From assembly GCA_965140785.1 (NCBI GenBank), contig OZ223497.1, forward strand, positions 1 through 64,000: DNA of 64,000 nucleotides. The letters run 5' to 3'. The position numbers were made by a program, and so were the translations under genes. The notes beneath the pieces are model-generated. The model did no database searches. It had not been told where the DNA came from and was given only the letters and a program-made list of their open reading frames with translations. The stretch comes from an uncultured Ruficoccus sp. (lineage in GTDB: Bacteria; Verrucomicrobiota; Verrucomicrobiia; Opitutales; Cerasicoccaceae). Positions 40,996 to 50,652 of the stretch are shown here, in pieces (position 1 is the stretch's first letter; each line of letters starts with the position of its first letter).

Positions 40996-41898
40996 ATGTC
41001 CGTTAAGACCCCACTGCCGGAAATTTTCCGCCAACATGTGCCCGAAGGCATGGAACCTGAACCCACCGGGGAAAAGCCCGTCTTGAAGAAACTCGCCGGT
41101 GTCCGCGCCGTGCTCTTTGACGTCTATGGAACGCTCTTCCAGTCCGGGGTCGGTGATATCTCGCTGGCCGAGGAGGACCGCGGTACCCACCGCGAGAAGA
41201 TCATCCGCGCCTCCATGAAGGACGCCGGGCTCCAGGTACTCGATCAGAAGACGCCGCTGGCCGAACTCTTTCACGACACTATCCGGGCCGAGCAGGACAT
41301 CCGCCGCGAGCAGGGGGTGGATTTCCCCGAGGTGGACATCCTTGGTGTCTGGGAAGACCTTATCGGCCAGTTGGAGGCCTATGAGCTGATCCGTGGTCGC
41401 GCCAGCCGCGCCGTTCTGCGCACGCTGGCCGTGCTTTATGAGGCCAGTGTGAACCCCGCCGCTCCCATGCCCGGCGCACAGGACACGATCGAGGGCCTGC
41501 TCGACAAGCAAAAGAGCCTCGGCATCGTCTCCAACGCCCAGTTTTACACCCCGCTGCTGTTCGAGGCTTTCCTTGAAGGCTCGCCGCATGACCTCGGTTT
41601 CGAGGAGATTCTCTGTGTGTGGTCTTACGAGCACACCGTGGCCAAACCGTCCGCCAAGCTTTTCGAGGTGGCGGCGGAGCGCCTGCAGGCGCTTGACGGC
41701 ATCGCCCCGAAGGAAACACTCTACATCGGCAACGATATGCGTAATGACATCGCGCCCGCGGCCAAGCTCGGCTTCAAGACCGCGCTTTTCGCCGGGGACA
41801 AGCGCTCCCTGCGCCTGCGCAAGGACGACGACTCCTGCAAGGGCGTCAAGCCCGACCTCGTCCTGACCGAGCTGGAGCAATTGCTCGAGTGCCTCTAG
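40996..41898 (+). CDS. HAD family hydrolase (candidate sugar-phosphoglycerate phosphatase)
   Basis: FDVYGTL, VSNAQ, KP, IGNDMRND. Confidence 0.9.
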   Translation: MSVKTPLPEIFRQHVPEGMEPEPTGEKPVLKKLAGVRAVLFDVYGTLFQSGVGDISLAEEDRGTHREKIIRASMKDAGLQVLDQKTPLAELFHDTIRAEQDIRREQGVDFPEVDILGVWEDLIGQLEAYELIRGRASRAVLRTLAVLYEASVNPAAPMPGAQDTIEGLLDKQKSLGIVSNAQFYTPLLFEAFLEGSPHDLGFEEILCVWSYEHTVAKPSAKLFEVAAERLQALDGIAPKETLYIGNDMRNDIAPAAKLGFKTALFAGDKRSLRLRKDDDSCKGVKPDLVLTELEQLLECL

Positions 41899-42075
41899 CG
41901 CGGCGGGGGTAGAGCCTGCCCGGCAGACGTCGCCTAGGGCATAACGGGCTTTTGAATAGCTGTATGCGGAGTGAAATGGGGTGGGCTGGTTTTTATCTTA
42001 ACTAAATTACCAAAAATAGTAATTTAATCTTGCCCTTGCCTTTTCAAACGCTACTTCTATCAGCTTTTACCAGCC

Positions 42076-42684
42076 ATGTCCCCCAGCCAACCCGAGCATC
42101 TTTACCCGCAGTTCGAGCGGATGTTGTCCCGCCAGGAGCGCCAGGAGCGCCTGGGACAGCGTTCGCACGTGTTCTGGCTCTACGGGCTCTCCGGTTCGGG
42201 AAAAAGCACCCTGGCCATCGCCTTGGAAAAGGCCCTCTTTGCGCAGGGGCGGGTCGTGCAGGTGCTCGACGGGGATAATATCCGCGCCGGCCTGAACAGC
42301 AACCTGGGCTTCAGCGACGAGGATCGGCTGGAGAATATCCGCCGCATCGCGCACGTGGCCCGTCTCTACGCCGACTCCGGCCTCATCGTGATCACGTCTT
42401 TTATTACGCCGCGCGAGGAGCTGCGCGAAATGGCCCGCGACATCATCGGAGCCGAGGATTTCTCCGGGATCTACGTCAAAGCCTCGTTCGAGACCTGCGC
42501 CGAGCGCGACCCCAAGGGCCTCTACGCCAAGGTCAAGGCCGGCCAGGTCAAGCAGTTCACCGGCAAGGATTCCGGTTTCGAGGAGCCCGTCGCCCCGGAG
42601 CTGCTGATCGATACCGAAAAGGAAACCGTCGAGCAGAGCCTGGAAGGCCTGCTCGCCTATGCCGCCCCGAGGGTCACGCTTTGA
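42076..42684 (+). CDS. cysC: Adenylyl-sulfate kinase
   Basis: GLSGSGKST, LDGDNIR, ENIRR, RDPKGLY, FTG. Confidence 0.97.
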   Translation: MSPSQPEHLYPQFERMLSRQERQERLGQRSHVFWLYGLSGSGKSTLAIALEKALFAQGRVVQVLDGDNIRAGLNSNLGFSDEDRLENIRRIAHVARLYADSGLIVITSFITPREELREMARDIIGAEDFSGIYVKASFETCAERDPKGLYAKVKAGQVKQFTGKDSGFEEPVAPELLIDTEKETVEQSLEGLLAYAAPRVTL

Positions 42685-42721
42685 ACGGCCCGAACTGAGC
42701 CGCACATCCCCGCTCCGTCCT

Positions 42722-42766
42722 CAACTCTCAAACGGTCAAACTTTCAAACTTTCAAACTTTCAAACT
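42722..42766. repeat. Octamer tandem array (NTCAAACY)
   Basis: caact ctcaaacg gtcaaact ttcaaact ttcaaact ttcaaact. Confidence 0.85.
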
Positions 42767-42780
42767 TCCCCGCGTTTCCC

Positions 42781-43692
42781 ATGCACACCTACCGTGTCAC
42801 TCACCTCAAGCAACTCGAAGCCGAGTCGATCTACGTCTTGCGCGAGTTCGCCGCTCAGTTCGAAAAACCGGTCCTGCTCTTTTCCGGGGGCAAGGACTCC
42901 ATCGTCATGGCCTGGCTGGCCCGCAAGGCCTTCTGGCCGGCGCGCATGCCGTTTCCGCTCATGCACGTGGACACCGGCCATAATTTCGCCGAGACGATGG
43001 AGTACCGGGACAAGTTCATCGCGGACATCCGGGCGGACCTGATCGTGGCCTCCGTGCAGGAGTCCATCGACAAGGGCCGGGTGGTCGAGGAAAAGGGCGC
43101 CAAGGCCAGTCGCAACGGCCTGCAGACCGTCACGCTGCTCGACGCGCTGGAGCAGCACGCCTTTGACGCTGCCCTCGGCGGTGGCCGCCGCGACGAGGAA
43201 AAGGCCCGTGCCAAGGAGCGCTTCTTCTCGCACCGCGACGAGTTCGGCCAGTGGGACCCGAAGAACCAGCGCCCGGAGCTGTGGAACATCTTTAACGGTC
43301 GCAAGCTCCACGGGGAGCATTTCCGGGTCTTCCCGCTGTCCAATTGGACCGAGATGGACATCTGGCAGTACATCAAGCAGGAGAATATCCCGCTGCCGAG
43401 CCTCTACTTCGCCCACCAGCGGGAGGTCTTCGTGCGCGACGGCACCATCCTGGCCAAGACCGACTTCATCAACCTCCTGCCCGAGGAGGAATCCACGCTG
43501 GAAAAGAAGACAGTGCGCTTCCGTACCATCGGGGATGCCACCTGCACCGGCGCTGTTGAGTCGAACGCCGCCACGCTCGACGACATCATCGAGGAGGTCG
43601 CCGCTGCCCGCCAGACCGAACGCGGTGGACGCGCCGACGACCGCCGTTCCGAAACCGCCATGGAGGACCGCAAGAAGCAGGGCTACTTCTAA
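42781..43692 (+). CDS. cysD: Sulfate adenylyltransferase subunit 2
   Basis: LEAESI, FSGGKDS, GGGRRDEEKARAKER, WDPKNQRPELW, MEDRKKQGYF. Confidence 0.98.
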   Translation: MHTYRVTHLKQLEAESIYVLREFAAQFEKPVLLFSGGKDSIVMAWLARKAFWPARMPFPLMHVDTGHNFAETMEYRDKFIADIRADLIVASVQESIDKGRVVEEKGAKASRNGLQTVTLLDALEQHAFDAALGGGRRDEEKARAKERFFSHRDEFGQWDPKNQRPELWNIFNGRKLHGEHFRVFPLSNWTEMDIWQYIKQENIPLPSLYFAHQREVFVRDGTILAKTDFINLLPEEESTLEKKTVRFRTIGDATCTGAVESNAATLDDIIEEVAAARQTERGGRADDRRSETAMEDRKKQGYF

Positions 43693-43696
43693 ATCA

Positions 43697-43728
43697 AGTG
43701 CCCAGGTTCCTGGTGCTTAGTGCTTAGT
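43697..43728. repeat. Heptamer array GTGCTTA, left arm
   Basis: gtgcccag gttcctg gtgctta gtgctta gt. Confidence 0.8.
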
Positions 43729-43749
43729 AAATGATGGGAATGCGTTCCG

Positions 43750-44136
43750 ATGAAAATTACACGCTTCGAAGACATCAAGAGCTGGCAAATGGCCCGGGAA
43801 CTGACGCAGGAAATATATGTTCGAACCCGTCAGGAGAAGTTCTCACGCGATTATGGACTCAAGGATCAACTGCAACGCGCTGCCGCTTCCGTTATGCATA
43901 ATATCGCGGAGGGTTTCGACAGCGGTACGAGGGCCGAGTTTACACGTTTCCTCGGGTATGCGCAACGATCCTCAACCGAGGTTATGAGCGGCCTCTATAT
44001 CGCTTTGGATCAATCCTATATTTCCCCGAACGATTTCGAACTCCTTTATCGCAAAACCCAAGATGTACACGCTTTGATCGGCGGCTTTATCAAATATTTA
44101 AAATCTACGCCCCAGACACCAAGCACTAAGAACTAA
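43750..44136 (+). CDS. Four helix bundle protein (23S rRNA-IVP / Avd-like family)
   Basis: [49 protein letters not shown]; lower GC than cysD/cysN. Confidence 0.93.
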   Translation: MKITRFEDIKSWQMARELTQEIYVRTRQEKFSRDYGLKDQLQRAAASVMHNIAEGFDSGTRAEFTRFLGYAQRSSTEVMSGLYIALDQSYISPNDFELLYRKTQDVHALIGGFIKYLKSTPQTPSTKN

Positions 44137-44148
44137 GCACACAAACAC
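44113..44148. repeat. Heptamer array TAAGCAC, right arm (inverse of the left arm)
   Basis: cagacac caagcac taagaac taagcac a caaacac; contains the TAA stop 44134-44136. Confidence 0.8.
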
Positions 44149-44158
44149 TTTAAACCCA

Positions 44159-45434
44159 ATGTCAGACGAACGCGGATATTTAGACATGGACCTGCTGCGG
44201 TTTACCACCGCCGGCAGCGTTGACGACGGCAAGAGTACCCTGATCGGGCGCCTGCTTTATGACAGCAAAAACATCTTCGAGGACCAGCTCGAAGCGGTCG
44301 AGACCAGCAGCCGCCAGCATGGGGATGAGGAGGTCAACCTCGCGCTGCTCACGGACGGCCTTCGCGCCGAGCGCGAGCAGGGCATCACCATCGACGTGGC
44401 CTATCGCTACTTCGCCACGCCCAAGCGCAAGTTCATCATCGCCGACACTCCGGGGCACATCCAGTACACCCGCAACATGGTGACGGGCGCCTCTACGGCC
44501 AACCTCGCCATCATCCTCATCGACGCGCGCAAGGGCGTGATCGAGCAGACCTGCCGTCACGCCTTTATCGCCAGTCTGCTGCGTATCCAGCATATCACCG
44601 TCTGCGTGAACAAGATGGACCTGGTGGATTGGGACGAGTCGGTGTACAACAAAATCGTCGAGGACTTTAAGCGCTTCGCCTCACGCCTGGACAGTGTGGT
44701 CGAGGTGACCTTTATCCCCATCAGCGCGCTCAAGGGCGACAACGTGGTGGACAAGTCGCAGCACATGCCATGGTTCCAGGGGGCCGACCCTGCTCTACCA
44801 TTTGGAAACCGTGTATATCGGCTCGGACGCCAACCACGTGGACGCGCGCTTCCCTGTTCAATGGGTCATCCGCCCGCACTCCAAGGAGTACCACGATTTC
44901 CGTGGCTACGCCGGTCGTGTGGCCGGTGGGGTCTTCAAGCCCGGTGACGAAGTCACCGTACTGCCCTCGGGTTTCACCTCCCATATTAAGGGCATTTATA
45001 ACATGGGCGAGGAGCTGGAGGAGGCCTTTAATCCGCAGTCGGTTACGATCACGCTCGATGACGAGATCGACATCAGCCGTGGCGACATGCTGGTCAAGCC
45101 CAACAACCAGCCCGAGGTCGGCCAGGATATCGAGGCGATGATCTGCTGGTTCTCCGATACAAAAAAGCTCGCGGGCCGGGCCAAGTACGTGATGCGCCAC
45201 ACCACCAAGGAGGTCAAGGCGATCGTGAAGGAGATCCGCTACAAGGTGAATATCAACACCCTGCACAAGGTCGAGGACGACCTTGAGTTCAGCCTCAATG
45301 ACATCGGCCGCATCAGCCTGCGCACGTCGAACCCGCTCTTTTACGACAGCTACCAGCGCAACCGCCAGACCGGCAGCTTTGTCCTGATCGACGAGTTTAC
45401 CAACGAGACCGTCGCCGCCGGGATGATCCTCTAG
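44159..45434 (+). CDS. cysN: Sulfate adenylyltransferase subunit 1, split by a 1-bp insertion near 44781
   Basis: [30 protein letters not shown]; removing one G from G5 (44779-44783) gives [12 protein letters not shown] joining RFPVQWV...[10 protein letters not shown]. Confidence 0.95.
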
Positions 45435-45520
45435 AGAACGGCGGGATCGCTGTTCAGCCGCGTATTTATCCAACGTGAATCCACGCCCCGCACTTGCACG
45501 TGCGGGGCGTGTTCGTTTCA

Positions 45521-48500
45521 ATGAGGGATATGTGGCACATCGGCGCAGACACGGGCGGCACTTTTACCGACCTGATCGGACTCAATCCGGCCGGAGGACT
45601 CTGCCGGACGAAGGTGCTCTCCAGCGGTTGCCTGCGTGCACGACTCGTGAAGGCCGAGGGCGTAACCCTCACGTTGGAGGGGCTGCCTGCCATGGCTAGC
45701 GGCATGCTCCAGGGCTTCCGCTTGCGGTCGGCTGGAAACGACGAAGCCGGGGTTGTCGTGGTTTCCCATGACAAAAACCGTATCGAGCTGGAGCGGGAAT
45801 TGCCGGGGCTGGAGTCGGGCCGCCTCGTCGAGTTAGTGACCGGTGAAGAAGCGCCCGTGGTCGGGGCTCGTGTCCTGACCGGCACGCCCGGCGATGAGCC
45901 GCTCCCGCCCATCGCCATGCGACTGGGCACCACCCGCGGCACCAACGCCCTGCTGGAGCGCCGGGGGGCGAAGACGCTTTTCCTCGTGACGAAGGGTTTT
46001 GCGGACCTTTTGACCATCGGCGACCAGCGCCGTCCGGATATATTTGCCCTCGATATCCGCAAGCCGCGTCCGCTCTACGACCACGTGATCGAAGTGGACG
46101 AACGCCTGTGCGCCAACGGGTCGGTCCTGAACGCGCTGGAGGTGGGCGAGGACTTGCGATCTGCTATCCGCCAGGCGCGTGAAGGTGGCTGCGAGGCGGC
46201 GGCGGTAGCGCTGCTGCACAGCTATCGCAACCCGGCCCATGAGGAGAAACTGGGAGAGGTGTTGCGGGAGGAAGGTTTTTCAACCGTTTCGCTTTCCTCG
46301 GCGCTGGCACCCTTTATCAAGCTCGTCCCCCGCGCCCAGACCGCCGTGACCGACGCCTACCTCGGGCCGGTTATGGAGGCGTACCTGAACCGGGTGGAGG
46401 CAGCGATCCCCGACGGACGCCTGCACATTATGACCAGTGCGGGCGGCCTGGTCGGGCGCGGGCAATTCCGCCCCAAGGACAGCCTGCTCAGCGGTCCGGC
46501 TGGCGGCGTGGTCGGGGCGTCCGCCATCGGCCTGCAGACGGGGTTCCGGCGCATCATCGCCTTTGACATGGGCGGCACGAGCACGGACGTCTCGCGCTTT
46601 GACGGAGAGTTCTCCTACCGCGACGTGCAGCGGGTGGGGGACTCGCAGATCGTTGCGCCCGCCCTGAGTATAGAGACGGTGGCCGCCGGAGGCGGCTCCA
46701 TTTGCGGCTACGACGGCCAGTCGCTTTTCGTCGGCCCCGAGAGCGCCGGAGCGCAACCGGGCCCGGCCTGCTACGGGGCGGGCGGTCCGCTCACCCTGAC
46801 CGATGTCAACCTGCTGGCTGGTCGGCTCGATCCGGAGCACTTCGGCATTCCGGTCAGCCCGGCAGATGCCGAGGCGCGACTGGATGAAATCATCGCGGCT
46901 ACCGGCAGCGCGCGCGAAACGCTTTTAGCGGGCTTCCTGAATATCGCTAACGAGCGCATGGCCGACGCCATCCGCGCCATCTCCGTGCGCGAGGGCTACG
47001 ACCCGGCGGACTATGCGCTGGTGGCCTTCGGCGGGGCCGGTGGCCTGCACGCCTGCCCGGTGGCGGAAAACCTCGGCATCGGCACGGTGCTCTTTCCGAA
47101 AAACGCGGGCCTGCTCAGCGCTCACGGCTTGCGCAATGCCCGCATGGAGCGCATCTGCGAAGAGCAGGTCCTCCAGCCACTGGCCGAGGTCGAAGACGAA
47201 TTGGGGAAGCGTTTCGAAACTCTCGCCGCGACAGGCAGCTCACAGCTCGAAGCGGAGGGCATCGCCCCCGAGGAATGCGAGGTGCGCCAGCGCGTGGTCC
47301 TGCTGCGGCTGGCCGGGCAGGAGTCGCCGTTGGAGGTCCCGTGGGAGCCCAAAGTTTCACTGGCGGACGGTTTTTCCGAACGCTACCGACAGGTATTTGG
47401 CTACTGGGAGCCGGGGGGCGCATTGGAGGTGGTCAAACTTCGCGCCGTTGTCGCAACTGCTGCCGAGCACGAAGCAACCGAGTCCTTCACGGAAGCCGAA
47501 TCCGCCTCCGACCAGCCGCGGGTGCTGGCAGACGAGACCGCCACGCTGGTTGTCGATCCGGGTTGGAGCCTGAGACGGGGCCGGGACGGAACGCTCCGGC
47601 TGGAGCGTGAGGCGTATTCAAAAACTGATACATTCGAGGCGGACGAGTTCGTGCGCCGCGAGCTTTTCACCAATCGTTTCCGCCGTGTGGTCGAGGAGAT
47701 GGGCATGCAGCTTCAGCGCACGGCGGTTTCCACCAACGTCAAGGAGCGGCTCGATTATTCCTGTGCGCTGCTCGATGCGCAGGGCGAGCTGATTGCCAAC
47801 GCCCCGCATATCCCGGTCCACCTGGGGGCGCTCGGCCTGTGCGTGCGGCGGGTGGCCGACACGCTGGAGCTGAAGCCGGGCGATCTCGCCATCACCAACC
47901 ATCCGGGTTTCGGCGGCTCACACCTGCCGGATGTCACGGTCATCTCCCCCGTGCATACCGGGGACAAGACTTTGATCGGCTACGTGGCCAGCCGGGCTCA
48001 TCACGCCGAGATCGGCGGTAAACGGCCCGGCTCGATGCCGGTGGACGCGACGAATCTGGCCGAAGAGGGCGTGGTTATTGCTCCGCGCTACCTGATCCGG
48101 GAGGATGGCTCGCGGTTCGAGGCGTTGGAAAAACTCCTGCACGGTGGCCCCTGGCCGAGCCGGGATGTGGCGAACAACCTCGCGGACATTCGCGCTCAGG
48201 TCGCCGCCAACCGGCGCGGGGTGCAAACGCTGCTGGCCATGGCCGAGGAATTCGGGGAAGAACTCGTCGCCCGCCAGATGGACGACCTGAAGGCCTTTTC
48301 CGCTACCGTCATGCGGCAGGCGTTGGCGAAGCTGCTTTCTACCGAACGTTCGGCCCGGCAGGAGCTGGACGACGGCGCGGGGATCGAGGTCGCTTTCACA
48401 CCGGACACGGACGGGGCGGTATGTATTGATTTTTCCGGTACATCGGCGGTGCATCCCGGCAATCTCAACGCCACGCCCGCCATCGTTCACAGTGCTTTGA

Positions 48501-49180
48501 TCTACGTGCTGCGTCTGCTGGTGCAGGAAGACCTTCCGCTCAACGACGGCCTGCTCGCCGGGCTGGACATCTGTCTGCCCGAAGGGATGCTGAACCCCGC
48601 CTTTGGTGACGACCCCGCCCGCGCCCCTGCCGTGATGGGCGGCAATGTCGAGGTCAGTCAGCGTCTGGTCGATACCTTGCTGCTGGCTCTGGGGGGGGCG
48701 GCGTGCAGTCAGGGGACGATGAACAACCTCGTCTTCGGCGACGAGCGTTGCAGCTACTACGAGACTATCGGCGGTGGGGCCGGAGCCGGAGAGGGCTTCG
48801 CCGGGGCCAGTGGCGTCCATGTCCACATGACCAATACCGCCATCACCGATCCGGAGGTGTTCGAGTGGCGCTACCCGGTGCGGCTCTGGCGATTCGCGCT
48901 ACGGAGTGGCTCCGGCGGCGGGGGTAAATGGCGCGGTGGCGACGGACTGGTGCGCGAGATCGAGTTTCTGGAGCCGCTCTCGGTGTCCCTGTTGACGCAG
49001 CGCCGTGCGAGCGGGCCGGAGGGGCTGCAGGGGGGCGGAGCCGGTCAGCCGGGGCGGCAGGTTCTCCGCTCCGGCGATGGGAGCGAGCGTCCCCTCAAGG
49101 CGAGCGATCAGTTCGAGGCGGAGCCGGGCCAGCGCTTGCGGATCGAGACGCCCGGTGGGGGCGGTTTTGGCACAGCTTAG
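45521..49180 (+). CDS. 5-oxoprolinase-like fused hydantoinase A/B protein
   Basis: DTGGTFTD, GTT..TNALLER.G, SGPAGG, DMGGTSTD, NVKERLDYSCA, SQGTMNN, HMTNT, ETPGGGG. Confidence 0.93.
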   Translation: MRDMWHIGADTGGTFTDLIGLNPAGGLCRTKVLSSGCLRARLVKAEGVTLTLEGLPAMASGMLQGFRLRSAGNDEAGVVVVSHDKNRIELERELPGLESGRLVELVTGEEAPVVGARVLTGTPGDEPLPPIAMRLGTTRGTNALLERRGAKTLFLVTKGFADLLTIGDQRRPDIFALDIRKPRPLYDHVIEVDERLCANGSVLNALEVGEDLRSAIRQAREGGCEAAAVALLHSYRNPAHEEKLGEVLREEGFSTVSLSSALAPFIKLVPRAQTAVTDAYLGPVMEAYLNRVEAAIPDGRLHIMTSAGGLVGRGQFRPKDSLLSGPAGGVVGASAIGLQTGFRRIIAFDMGGTSTDVSRFDGEFSYRDVQRVGDSQIVAPALSIETVAAGGGSICGYDGQSLFVGPESAGAQPGPACYGAGGPLTLTDVNLLAGRLDPEHFGIPVSPADAEARLDEIIAATGSARETLLAGFLNIANERMADAIRAISVREGYDPADYALVAFGGAGGLHACPVAENLGIGTVLFPKNAGLLSAHGLRNARMERICEEQVLQPLAEVEDELGKRFETLAATGSSQLEAEGIAPEECEVRQRVVLLRLAGQESPLEVPWEPKVSLADGFSERYRQVFGYWEPGGALEVVKLRAVVATAAEHEATESFTEAESASDQPRVLADETATLVVDPGWSLRRGRDGTLRLEREAYSKTDTFEADEFVRRELFTNRFRRVVEEMGMQLQRTAVSTNVKERLDYSCALLDAQGELIANAPHIPVHLGALGLCVRRVADTLELKPGDLAITNHPGFGGSHLPDVTVISPVHTGDKTLIGYVASRAHHAEIGGKRPGSMPVDATNLAEEGVVIAPRYLIREDGSRFEALEKLLHGGPWPSRDVANNLADIRAQVAANRRGVQTLLAMAEEFGEELVARQMDDLKAFSATVMRQALAKLLSTERSARQELDDGAGIEVAFTPDTDGAVCIDFSGTSAVHPGNLNATPAIVHSALIYVLRLLVQEDLPLNDGLLAGLDICLPEGMLNPAFGDDPARAPAVMGGNVEVSQRLVDTLLLALGGAACSQGTMNNLVFGDERCSYYETIGGGAGAGEGFAGASGVHVHMTNTAITDPEVFEWRYPVRLWRFALRSGSGGGGKWRGGDGLVREIEFLEPLSVSLLTQRRASGPEGLQGGGAGQPGRQVLRSGDGSERPLKASDQFEAEPGQRLRIETPGGGGFGTA

Positions 49181-49341
49181 GCAGTGCTTGCACAATAATT
49201 CATGTCGCCTGCTTGGCTGGCTTCCGGTCCGTTTTTCGTGTCCTCGGCTCAGCGAATGCTGATTCGCCTTACCTCGAAGCCCGGAAACGGTCTCAAAACC
49301 AGTCGTCGCAGGCTCGTTCCGTATGTTGAATACACAGCCTA
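49178..49341. mobile_element. MITE-like imperfect palindromic element
   Basis: Ends TAGGCAGTG...CACAGCCTA; internal arms GCCTGC..CTGG..CCGTTT / AAACGG..CCAG..GCAGGC; central GCGAAT-gctg-ATTCGC. Confidence 0.5.
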
Positions 49342-49378
49342 GGCTTGGCAGGCGGAAGGTTTGTGCTATGTTCAAAGG

Positions 49379-50326
49379 ATGCGGCGGACGGCCCTTTTTC
49401 AGCATCCTGATTTTGTGCACCATGAGACGGGGGTGGACCACCCGGAGCGGCTGGAGCGCTACCGTGCCATCATTGATGAGTTGGAGAACTCCCCGCTACA
49501 GCAGCAACTTCAGTGGCGGTTGGCCGATCCGGCGGATATTTCACTCATAGCCGCCAACCACGCCGCCGCCTACATCCGCCATATCGAGGAGGCCAGCCTG
49601 TCCGGTGCGGCTCAGCTGGACAAGGGCGACACGCGCGTCTCGCACGAGTCATACCAGGTGGCGCTGCTGGGGGCCGGAGCGGCGGTGGGCGCCGTGGACG
49701 CGGTCCTGGCGGGCGAGTGCGACAACGCCTTCTGTGCGGTGCGACCGCCCGGCCACCATGCCGAGTGGTCCAAGGCGATGGGCTTTTGCCTGTTTAACAA
49801 TGTAGCTATCGCGGCGCGCCACGCCCTGAACAAGCACGGGCTGAATCGGGTTTTTATTCTGGATTGGGATGTCCATCACGGCAACGGCACCCAGCACAGC
49901 TTTTATGACAACGAGCGGGTTTTCTTTTGCAGCCTGCACCAGTACCCCTTTTATCCCGGCACCGGCGAGGCAGAGGAACGCGGTATCGGCGCGGGGCTTG
50001 GGACGACTCTCAACTTCCCCCTGCCCGCACAGACGAAGGGCGACACCTGCCGGGATATCCTGAAAGGGCCGGTAGCCGAAGCGGTGGCCGGGTTCAAGCC
50101 GGACATGATCCTGGTCTCGGCCGGGTTTGATGCGCACCACCTGGACCCGATGGCATACCTGGAACTGACCGAAGAGGACTTTGGAGCCATGACGCGGACG
50201 GTCTGTGCGCTGGCCGACGAGCACTGCGGGGGGCGCGTGGTCAGTGTATTGGAAGGTGGATACCACCTGAAGGCGCTCGCCGCCTCGACCAAGGCCCACT
50301 TACGGGCGTTGCTGGGGAGCGAGTAA
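49379..50326 (+). CDS. Histone deacetylase family protein
   Basis: HPE, RPPGHHA, MGFCLFNN, DWDVHHGNGTQ, SAGFDAH, LEGGY. Confidence 0.95.
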   Translation: MRRTALFQHPDFVHHETGVDHPERLERYRAIIDELENSPLQQQLQWRLADPADISLIAANHAAAYIRHIEEASLSGAAQLDKGDTRVSHESYQVALLGAGAAVGAVDAVLAGECDNAFCAVRPPGHHAEWSKAMGFCLFNNVAIAARHALNKHGLNRVFILDWDVHHGNGTQHSFYDNERVFFCSLHQYPFYPGTGEAEERGIGAGLGTTLNFPLPAQTKGDTCRDILKGPVAEAVAGFKPDMILVSAGFDAHHLDPMAYLELTEEDFGAMTRTVCALADEHCGGRVVSVLEGGYHLKALAASTKAHLRALLGSE

Positions 50327-50465
50327 GCAAGGGAAATCCGGGTGTGCGTCCAGGCCCGCAGCAAGATTTTCCCATTTATTCGTATCGTTTGCATGTCGCC
50401 AGCAGGCCGGGCAACAGCAACGCGCATGCAGGTCTGAGGCTAGCTTAGTTCGTAATAGAAATATA

Positions 50466-50537
50466 CACCGCAAAGACGCAGAGAGCTTCGGCTATGTATT
50501 GCGCGTTATTGTGTTTTTTGTGCCTTTTTGTGGCCAT
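50466..50537. repeat. 9-mer array family copy (right arm clear, left arm of a different variant)
   Basis: Reverse complement of 50509-50537 = ATGGCCACAAAAAGGCACAAAAAACACAA, nearly identical to 14478-14504; left CACCGCAAAGACGCAGAGAG. Confidence 0.7.
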
Positions 50538-50652
50538 TGATTCATTTTCAACCCCACTAACAGGGCGTGTTCCCCTAGCTTGGGCGATCCTTCCGTGGCC
50601 GATGTGACCCTTCGGGGGGCGTTGAAGGTGTGTTCTAGAAGGTGCTTTCTTG

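Noticed and set aside
41899..42075. SAM or other riboswitch upstream of cysC
   Set aside because: The sequence is AT-rich and promoter-like, with no recognisable aptamer.
43750..44136. Diversity-generating retroelement (Avd-like gene)
   Set aside because: No reverse transcriptase or TR/VR pair was seen in the window.
44779..44783. Programmed frameshifting or phase variation in cysN, recF and others
   Set aside because: The runs are only 2-6 nt, lack slippery-site architecture and hit unrelated housekeeping genes; sequencing error is simpler.
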